NCBI RefSeq assembly: GCF_000025665.1
Contig: NC_013926.1
Span: 330,001 to 362,000, forward strand
Length of the DNA: 32,000 bases
Direction: 5' to 3'
Source: Aciduliprofundum boonei T469
Lineage (GTDB): Archaea; Thermoplasmatota; Thermoplasmata; Thermoplasmatales; Aciduliprofundaceae
In this document: positions 1 to 7,856 of the stretch, one piece after another
Position numbering within the stretch: position 1 is the first letter of the stretch
Layout: every line of letters begins with the position of its first letter
Notes under the pieces: model-generated
The model's input: the letters and a program-made list of their open reading frames with translations, nothing else
Database searches by the model: none
Told to the model about the DNA's origin: nothing
Translations under genes and position numbers: made by a program

Positions 1-514
1 GCAGGCACCAAGCAACAATGGTGGAGCTAGTATTACTGAATACAAGATTTATCGTGGCACAAGCTCCGGCGGAGAATCCTATCTTGCGGAAGTATCTGGA
101 ACTACTCTATCTTACAACGATACTTCCGTCACTAACGGCAATACTTACTACTACTATGTCACCGCTGTGAACTCTGCTGGAGAATCCTCTGCTAGCAATG
201 AAGTTAGTGCTACTCCTCAGAGTAGTGTTACCGCTCCTTCTGCTCCTCAGAATCTTCAAGCTACTGCAGGTAATGGTTATGTGCTCCTAAATTGGCAGGC
301 ACCAAGCAACAATGGTGGAGCTAGTATTACCAACTACAAGATATATCGTGGCACAAGCTCCGGCGGAGAATCTTATCTTGCAGAAGTATCTGGAACTACC
401 CTATCTTATAACGATACTTCCGTCACTAATGGACAAACTTACTATTACTATGTCACCGCTGTGAATTCTGCTGGAGAATCTCCAGCTAGCAATGAAGTTA
501 GTGCTACTCCTCAG
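1..514 (+). repeat. In-frame tandem DNA repeat with a 294-bp period. Copy 1 is 1-220 and copy 2 is 295-514. The repeat encodes the FN3 units.
   Basis: By-eye alignment of 1-220 against 295-514 shows about a dozen scattered substitutions (e.g. actgaatac vs accaactac, aacggcaatact vs aatggacaaact). The window starts inside a repeat, so more copies probably lie upstream. Confidence 0.85.
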
Positions 515-1306
515 GCTCCTCCTTCACCTTCTTCACTCAAAATATTGCTTGTGGATGATGATGGTGGCCAAAACTATCAAACCTATTTCACTCAAGCCCT
601 AGACGCTGATGGGTACTCTTACGATGTCTGGGATGTGAGCTCTAGCGGCTCTCCCTCCGCTAGCACCCTCGAAAATTATAATGTGGTCATCTGGACCACC
701 GGTGCTACATGGTCCAATACCCTTACATCTACCGACCAGAGCAACCTTGAAACTTACCTCAATAACGGTGGCGCTCTATACCTATCCTCCCAGGACTTCT
801 TGTACGATCTCACGGGCGGATGGGACGAATCCATATCCAATACATTCGTAACCAACTATCTTGGCGTGGATTATGTAGCCAATGATGTGCAGTATAACAG
901 CGTGGCAGGGGTGTCTGGCACATTCGTGCAGTCATTTACATCCATCTCCCTATCTAACTACCCGTTCACCAACTACGATGATGAACTCGGCCTTAGCTCT
1001 TATGGCCACGCTCTGTTCTATAACCCCTCCGATAACTATGTTACTGGAGACTATGTACAGACATCCACTTATAAGACCGTATTCACTGCTTTCTCATTCG
1101 AAGCTGTGGAAAATACTGACTCCTCTACCGGCAATGCTCTCCTCAAAGCAATCATTGACTGGCTTAGCGGAGAAACAACTTCAATACAGGGAGATATACA
1201 AATACCAATGAGCTTCTCAGACCACAGTGAAAATAATTTGGATGTCTTCAACAATGCTCCAATAATCCACGCACCGGAAATCGCTGCCATATTTAGATCT
1301 TTCTAA
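2..1306 (+). CDS. Surface/secreted protein, 5'-truncated by the window edge. It has tandem fibronectin type III-like repeats followed by an acidic C-terminal domain of uncertain family, possibly a flavodoxin/GATase1-like fold.
   Basis: The reading frame is open from position 2, with no stop before the listed 167 start. Two ~98-aa units are present (APSNNGGASIT.YKIYRG...YYYYVTAVNSAGES.ASNEVSATPQ), typical of FN3. The C-terminal part begins LKILLVDDDGGQNYQ. The protein is S/T/N/Y/D-rich and K/R-poor, unlike its neighbours. Confidence 0.75.
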   Translation, partial: QAPSNNGGASITEYKIYRGTSSGGESYLAEVSGTTLSYNDTSVTNGNTYYYYVTAVNSAGESSASNEVSATPQSSVTAPSAPQNLQATAGNGYVLLNWQAPSNNGGASITNYKIYRGTSSGGESYLAEVSGTTLSYNDTSVTNGQTYYYYVTAVNSAGESPASNEVSATPQAPPSPSSLKILLVDDDGGQNYQTYFTQALDADGYSYDVWDVSSSGSPSASTLENYNVVIWTTGATWSNTLTSTDQSNLETYLNNGGALYLSSQDFLYDLTGGWDESISNTFVTNYLGVDYVANDVQYNSVAGVSGTFVQSFTSISLSNYPFTNYDDELGLSSYGHALFYNPSDNYVTGDYVQTSTYKTVFTAFSFEAVENTDSSTGNALLKAIIDWLSGETTSIQGDIQIPMSFSDHSENNLDVFNNAPIIHAPEIAAIFRSF

Positions 1307-1307
1307 A

Positions 1308-1326
1308 TTTTTATTTTTTAATTTTT
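1308..1326 (+). terminator. Oligo-T tract, archaeal-type terminator candidate, downstream of the FN3 protein gene.
   Basis: T5, T6 and T5 runs lie immediately after the TAA stop at 1304-1306. Confidence 0.45.
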
Positions 1327-1334
1327 GGGGAAAA

Positions 1335-1344
1335 TTTTAAATTA
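1335..1344 (+). promoter_or_regulatory. TATA-box-like element for guaB.
   Basis: The sequence ttttaaatta is centred about 24 nt upstream of the ATG at 1364. No SD motif lies between them, which suggests a leaderless mRNA. Confidence 0.4.
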
Positions 1345-1345
1345 A

Positions 1346-2812
<1,467 letters not shown>

Positions 2813-2837
2813 CTATTTAACCCTTCTTTACATTTTT

Positions 2838-3137
2838 GTGATTATGGAATACCCTCAAGATGTATTGACAAAATCCACGAAAGGAAAAATTGAAGTGCGA
2901 AACCTCGTGGATTATGGGAAATTTGTTAGGTATGAATATCTGGATCCATCCACTGGAGAAAGATGCGAAAATAAATTGAAAATCGTGCTTTTCAATGGAG
3001 AGGATTACGAGGAATATTTCATAATACCCCTAAAGCAAAAAAATAAATATCTTATGCTAAAAGCAGAGAATAAGGGACCCAGAAAAATTTGGAACGGAAA
3101 GGAAGGAGTGGAGATAATGGATCTTCTAAGATTGTAA
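2838..3137 (+). CDS. Hypothetical small protein, 99 aa from GTG 2838 or 97 aa from ATG 2844.
   Basis: The ORF fills the gap between guaB and the next gene. Its composition resembles neighbouring genes. I recognise no family. Confidence 0.45.
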   Translation: MIMEYPQDVLTKSTKGKIEVRNLVDYGKFVRYEYLDPSTGERCENKLKIVLFNGEDYEEYFIIPLKQKNKYLMLKAENKGPRKIWNGKEGVEIMDLLRL

Positions 3138-3171
3138 AAAGATTTATTAAATATGAAGTGTAGGGTTGTGC

Positions 3172-3519
3172 ATGACAAAGGAAGATATTTTAAACAAGGC
3201 CAAGGAACTTGGCAAGGCGCTCAAGGAATCTGATGAGTATAAGGAGCTTGTTGAGGCAGAGAAGGCATTGAATGAGGATGAAGAGACCCAGAAGCTTTTG
3301 AATGATTATAATGCAAAAGCCCAGGAAATTCAGCTTAGACAGATGACTGGTGAGAATGTAAATGATAGTATGATGGAGCTTCAAGATTTGGAGAAAAAAA
3401 TTATGGATAGCGAGAGTATGAAGAAGTATTCTCAAGCTGAGAAAAATTTCAAAGAGCTCATTGAGTCAGCCAATCAGGCTATTGTGGATGCAATGGAAGA
3501 AGAGGAGCAAAAGGAATAA
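3172..3519 (+). CDS. YlbF/YheA (UPF0342, Com_YlbF)-like helical protein.
   Basis: The helical pattern L..A.ELG.ALKESDEYKELVEAEKALNEDEETQKLLNDYN...IQLRQMTGENV...AEKNFKELIESANQAI resembles the YheA/YlbF family. I prefer ATG 3172 to the listed TTG 3166 because tttattaaata at 3143-3153 lies about 25 nt upstream of it. Confidence 0.55.
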   Translation: MTKEDILNKAKELGKALKESDEYKELVEAEKALNEDEETQKLLNDYNAKAQEIQLRQMTGENVNDSMMELQDLEKKIMDSESMKKYSQAEKNFKELIESANQAIVDAMEEEEQKE

Positions 3520-3547
3520 ATAATATAATTCCTATTACATTAATTCC

Positions 3548-4477
3548 ATGTATGAGCGAGTAAGGGATATTGGAGAAAAAATAAAAAGTATGGAGATACG
3601 GGGAGCTGGTCGTATTGGCAGGGCTACAGCCCTCGCCTTAAAATATTTTTCAGAGGATTTCAAGGGCAGTAAGGAAGAATTTTTGAAGGAATTAGAAGAG
3701 GTTAAAAATTATCTTTTGAGCACAAGGCCTACCGCAGTCTCTCTCCGCAATGCAATTTACTATGTTGTGAATCGTAAACAGGGGAGCACTTTGGAAGAGC
3801 TCAAAGAATCCATAATTAAGAATGCAGAGGATTTCATTAAAAGATCAGAAGAAGCGTTGCAAATAATTGGAAAATATGGAGCAGGCAGGATACCGGATGG
3901 TGCAACCATATTAACTCATTGCAATTCATCTGTAGCGATCCAATGTATAGTGCAAGCGTACAGAGATGGAAAGAAAATTAAAGTGTTTAACACAGAAACT
4001 AGGCCATGGCTGCAAGGGCACATAACTGCAAGGGCATTAGCGAAAGAGGGAATTGATGTAACTATGATCGTTGATTCTGCAGTACGCTATTTTATGAGAG
4101 ACATTGATATTGTTGTTGTGGGAGCAGATACAATAGCCAGCAACGGAGCAGTTATAAACAAAATAGGAACATCTCAAATTGCTCTGGCTGCTCATGAGGC
4201 AAGGGTTCCATTCATAGTATGCGCTGAAACTTACAAATTTTCACCAGAGACGGTAATAGGCAAACTTGTAAAGATTGAAGAGAGAGACCCGAGGGAGATT
4301 GCAAATCCCGAGGATTTTCCAGGGGTGAAATTCAGAAATCCAGTGTTTGACGCAACTCCTCCGGAGTACATAGATGCAATAGTAACTGAGCTGGGAGTAA
4401 TATCCCCATATTTAGCGTATGAAATAATAAAGGAGGTGATGAATGTTGGAATTGAAGGTAAAGAGGATAGACATTGA
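3548..4477 (+). CDS. Ribose-1,5-bisphosphate isomerase (eIF-2B alpha/beta/delta-like family).
   Basis: Family motifs are ILTHCNS and VVVGADTIASNGAVINKIGT. The protein is 309 aa. The gene sits directly upstream of, and overlaps, an AMP phosphorylase gene, as in the archaeal AMP pathway. Confidence 0.85.
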   Translation: MYERVRDIGEKIKSMEIRGAGRIGRATALALKYFSEDFKGSKEEFLKELEEVKNYLLSTRPTAVSLRNAIYYVVNRKQGSTLEELKESIIKNAEDFIKRSEEALQIIGKYGAGRIPDGATILTHCNSSVAIQCIVQAYRDGKKIKVFNTETRPWLQGHITARALAKEGIDVTMIVDSAVRYFMRDIDIVVVGADTIASNGAVINKIGTSQIALAAHEARVPFIVCAETYKFSPETVIGKLVKIEERDPREIANPEDFPGVKFRNPVFDATPPEYIDAIVTELGVISPYLAYEIIKEVMNVGIEGKEDRH

Positions 4478-5963
4478 GGTTGGTGGCTTTGAAATAATTT
4501 TGAATGAGGAGGATGCGAAGGAGCTGGGGTTACATCCCCAAGACAGAGTGAAAGTTGCCAGAAGGGGTTTAATAACAACTGCCATCGTAAATATCTCCGA
4601 AAGCATGATAAAAAGGGGAGAGATTGGCATGTTCATAGAGATCAGCGAGAAGATGAATGTTAAAAATGGAGATACTGTAAAAATCGCACCAACAATGAGA
4701 CCCATGAGCGTTGATTACATAAAGAAAAAGATATATGGGGAGAAACTAACCAAGGATGAAATATATGAGATCATAAAGGATATTGTAGATGATAATCTAT
4801 CCACCATTGAACTTGCATCATATGTAACTGCCATACAAATTCGCGGTATGGATATGGACGAAACAGAATGGATGACCAAGGCAATGGTGGATACTGGTGA
4901 AACTATTGATTTCGAATATACAGTTTTTGATGTGCATAGCATAGGAGGCGTACCGGGCAACAAATACGCACCTATAGCGGTACCCATAGCGGCCGCAGCA
5001 GGTCTGAAAATTCCCAAAACTTCCTCAAGGGCAATAAGCAGTGCCGCCGGCACCGCTGATTTAATGGAGGTTCTGACTAATGTTAGATTAAGTGTAAACG
5101 ATATAAGAAGAATCGTGGATGAGGTTGGTGCAACTCTCACTTGGGGAGGTGCTGTTAATCTGGCACCTGCTGACGATAAGATAGTACATGTGGAATACCC
5201 TCTTGGCATAGACCCACATTCTCAAGTTTTGGCCAGTGTGATGGCAAAGAAGAAGGCAGTGGGAGCAAACTTTATGGTTTTAGACATCCCTATGGGTCCA
5301 GAGACAAAAGTACCTGATGAAAAAACAGCAAGAAAGTACGCTATGGATTTCATAGAACTTGGGGAGAGATTAGGTATAACCCTGGAGGCAGCCGTAACCT
5401 ATGGAGGACAGCCAATAGGAAGGGCAATAGGTCCTGCTTTAGAGGCTAGAGAGGCCATGCAGGCATTGGAAGGGAGGAGAGTGAGCCATTCATTAATTGA
5501 GAAAGCAACGGATATAGCAGGCATGCTTTTAGAGCTTGGAAATATAGCAGAGAGAGGAGAGGGTAAGGATATGGCTAAGGATATCCTAAAAAGTGGCAAG
5601 GCGAGGGAGAAATTCTTGGAAATAATAAATGCGCAGGGCTCAAGAGGGATAGAAAAGAGCGAGGATGTGCCTATTGGAAAGTACAAGGCGGATATCCACT
5701 CACCAGAGGAGGGTTATATTTCCATAGTTTCAAACAAGGCCCTCGTAAAGATTGCAAGGACCGCCGGGGCTCCAAAGGATAAAGGAGCAGGAATAATACT
5801 GAATAAGAAGAAGAGTGAGAAAACTGACAAGGGGGAAGTTCTGTATACTATATACGCAGATAGCAAGGCAAAACTTGACGAGGCAGTTAAGATTGCGAAA
5901 ATGCTCAAACCATTGAAAATAGAGGGTATGCTCTTAGAGCGAATTCCCTCATACAAAGCATAA
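4443..5963 (+). CDS. deoA: AMP phosphorylase (thymidine phosphorylase family).
   Basis: The archaeal-type N-terminal extension MLELKVKRIDIEVGGFEIILNEEDAKELG is present, with SIGGVPGNK and TSSRAISSAAGTADLME motifs. GGAGGTGAT at 4432-4440 lies just upstream of the ATG, inside the previous gene. Confidence 0.9.
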   Translation: MLELKVKRIDIEVGGFEIILNEEDAKELGLHPQDRVKVARRGLITTAIVNISESMIKRGEIGMFIEISEKMNVKNGDTVKIAPTMRPMSVDYIKKKIYGEKLTKDEIYEIIKDIVDDNLSTIELASYVTAIQIRGMDMDETEWMTKAMVDTGETIDFEYTVFDVHSIGGVPGNKYAPIAVPIAAAAGLKIPKTSSRAISSAAGTADLMEVLTNVRLSVNDIRRIVDEVGATLTWGGAVNLAPADDKIVHVEYPLGIDPHSQVLASVMAKKKAVGANFMVLDIPMGPETKVPDEKTARKYAMDFIELGERLGITLEAAVTYGGQPIGRAIGPALEAREAMQALEGRRVSHSLIEKATDIAGMLLELGNIAERGEGKDMAKDILKSGKAREKFLEIINAQGSRGIEKSEDVPIGKYKADIHSPEEGYISIVSNKALVKIARTAGAPKDKGAGIILNKKKSEKTDKGEVLYTIYADSKAKLDEAVKIAKMLKPLKIEGMLLERIPSYKA

Positions 5964-6968
5964 TTATTTCAGCAACTCTTTTCTATATTTATAGGCAATG
6001 TAACCCAGTATAATTGCTATTGAGACAACGAGTATTATAGTAAGTATGTAAAATCCATAGTCGCATTTCTCCATTCCATAACTGTAAATATAATTCGTAC
6101 CAGCCAATATAGAGGCATCTTTTAAGAGTAAAGCTGTATAATTTGCAGTGGAAAAAATATCTATGTACGCAATTTTGACCCCTGTCTCCCTGGATAACTC
6201 TATTGCTATCTGTCCCGCCTTAGATGATTGGAGTCCCACAGCATTTATAATACAGCTTATATTTCCATTCTCTATTTCCTTTCTAATTTCTTTTAACTCA
6301 CTCTCGCTTATGAACTGATGGGGCTCCTCTAAAATCGTGCCTTTAACATTTAATCCCATAGTTTTAGCCACATAAAAAACTCCGGGAATTACAAGTAGAA
6401 CATTCTTACCTTTTATTCCAGTTTCATCTTTTATAACATCAATCCTTTGAAGCGTGCTCTCTACCTCATTTTTGAATTTCAAAAAATTATTTTCATAATA
6501 ACTGCGATGTTGCGGGTCCATCTCTTCTAATTTTTTCTTTATCGCCAAGCTTATATTTATCGCATTTTGGGGATAGAGCCAGTACCCATGCACATTTCTC
6601 TCCATATTTCCTAAGGGATAGAGCGTAGCATTATAATCCTTAAAATCAAGAATTTCCTTGCTGCTAACTTTTTCCTTTATATTCCTATCAATTGCAAAAA
6701 ACTCGCTCGATGCTAAAATCACCAAATTAGCACGGTTCAATTTCTCTATGTCCTCATATTTGAGAGAGTAAGAATGAATATCCTCGCCTTGAGGAACTAT
6801 GTATGTGACATTAACCCTTTCCCCACCGATCTGCTTTGCAAAATAAGAGTATATCTGCAGTGTTGCTACAATATTTATCCTGCTCTCACTTCCATGGGCC
6901 AAGGGTAAAGTAATAAATGATGAAAGCGCAATAATTGCAATCACTACAAGAACTACTCCTCTCTTCAT
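5964..6968 (-). CDS. ZnuA/TroA-family metal (Zn/Mn/Fe) substrate-binding protein with an N-terminal signal peptide and a C-terminal TM anchor.
   Basis: Family-like motifs are GEDIHSYSLKYEDIEKLNRANLVI and NVHGYWLYPQNA. The signal-like N-terminus is MKRGVVLVVIAIIALSSFITLPLAHG. The C-terminal hydrophobic helix is FYILTIILVVSIAIILGYIAY, followed by KYRKELLK. Confidence 0.7.
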   Translation of the reverse strand: MKRGVVLVVIAIIALSSFITLPLAHGSESRINIVATLQIYSYFAKQIGGERVNVTYIVPQGEDIHSYSLKYEDIEKLNRANLVILASSEFFAIDRNIKEKVSSKEILDFKDYNATLYPLGNMERNVHGYWLYPQNAINISLAIKKKLEEMDPQHRSYYENNFLKFKNEVESTLQRIDVIKDETGIKGKNVLLVIPGVFYVAKTMGLNVKGTILEEPHQFISESELKEIRKEIENGNISCIINAVGLQSSKAGQIAIELSRETGVKIAYIDIFSTANYTALLLKDASILAGTNYIYSYGMEKCDYGFYILTIILVVSIAIILGYIAYKYRKELLK

Positions 6969-6970
6969 CG

Positions 6971-6987
6971 GTTAGGATATACCTAAC
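6971..6987. promoter_or_regulatory. Palindrome GTTAGG-ATATA-CCTAAC between the TATA-like box and the start codon of the binding-protein gene. It is a candidate operator.
   Basis: The 6-bp arms are perfect with a 5-bp AT spacer. The ATG is at 6968 on the minus strand, and the TATA-like tract at 6990-7001 reads tttttatatttt on the minus strand. Confidence 0.35.
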
Positions 6988-7007
6988 GAAAATATAAAAA
7001 TTTTGAA

Positions 7008-7856
7008 TCAAATCAGTAAAAATATTATTAATCCGGCTAAAGCTCCTGCATTCAAATAGGGTAATCCTGGCTGTGGCTTGCCTGTATTAACCATTACAAA
7101 CAGGAGAAGCATGGCTGCAAGTGCACCCAATAAAGTGAATATCCCTGCAAGCATTCCAAAATTTCTCTCTGCTGCAACCACCAAAATACCGGGAATCAAT
7201 ACATCTCCGTAACCCATATAGTATGCTTCTCTTTCTCCCCCTTTTCTAACAGGTTTTCCCTTTGCCTTTTTAAAGGAATAGTCCTTCTTTGCAGGCATAA
7301 CGAACATAGCAGGTAATTTATGCTCAATAACAGAATCTGCCAAATAAACCATATGTTTGCTCATATAAACCGCAACAGAATCATATATTGCAAACAAACT
7401 CAGAAGAATTATTATGGGCAGGAGTGTTAAGCTCAATCCAAATATCAGAGCAACTCCCACCGTTGTTAATATGCCTACAAAATTCACCATGTACCATTCT
7501 GGATATTTGATTAATCCTATGGTAATCACTATGGATAACCCCAGAGATATCAAATCCGAGTAAGGTATGGCAAAATAGTAAAATAAAGGGAATAAAGCGT
7601 ACCACATAGCCCAAGCTATAGCAAAATAAAAAATCCCACGAAGAAGATTTTTCTTACCCTTTTTTGCTATGTAGATTATGAGCAAAGTAACCGCAATTAC
7701 ATAAATTAAATAGTACACAGCAACCCATGGATTGCTACCTTCCTCGCCTAAACCTCCCTCATATATCCCATAGACCGGAAAAAGAAGTAGCGCCATTACA
7801 TTTGCAATTAAGAATATAAGCATCATATTGAGCTGGGCCATACTCTCACTTTTCAT
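7008..7856 (-). CDS. Presenilin/signal-peptide-peptidase family (A22) intramembrane aspartyl protease homolog.
   Basis: The protein is polytopic. It has a YD motif (LFAIYDSVAVYMSKHMVYLA), a GxGD motif (MGYGDVLIPG) and a PAL-like motif (PGLPYLNAG). An alternative start at ATG 7841 (MAQLNMM...) would avoid the overlap with the topA stop. Confidence 0.75.
   Translation of the reverse strand: MKSESMAQLNMMLIFLIANVMALLLFPVYGIYEGGLGEEGSNPWVAVYYLIYVIAVTLLIIYIAKKGKKNLLRGIFYFAIAWAMWYALFPLFYYFAIPYSDLISLGLSIVITIGLIKYPEWYMVNFVGILTTVGVALIFGLSLTLLPIIILLSLFAIYDSVAVYMSKHMVYLADSVIEHKLPAMFVMPAKKDYSFKKAKGKPVRKGGEREAYYMGYGDVLIPGILVVAAERNFGMLAGIFTLLGALAAMLLLFVMVNTGKPQPGLPYLNAGALAGLIIFLLI

Noticed and set aside
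1-514. The possibility that the tandem repeats represent a CRISPR array or a non-coding satellite.
   Set aside because: The period is 294 bp and maintains one long open reading frame encoding FN3 modules. There is no short repeat/spacer structure.
882-1211. A 109-aa plus-strand ORF in an alternative frame inside the FN3 protein gene.
   Set aside because: It overlaps the long frame that carries clear domain structure. It has no motif support and is best explained as a frame artefact.
4436-4442. A GTGATGA sequence resembling a C box of a C/D-box sRNA.
   Set aside because: It lies within the isomerase/AMP phosphorylase coding overlap and is part of the GGAGGTGAT ribosome-binding site. I noticed no matching D box (CTGA) or terminal stem at an appropriate distance.
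4715-5209. A 164-aa minus-strand ORF antisense to the AMP phosphorylase gene. Many similar antisense ORFs exist, e.g. 1795-2097, 18302-18658, 18932-19354, 20415-20732, 27354-27824, 28440-28802 and 29108-29458.
   Set aside because: Each lies entirely inside a strongly supported gene on the other strand. Their translations are low-complexity (S/L/P/I-rich) with no recognisable motifs. They are typical shadow ORFs of AT-rich coding sequence.
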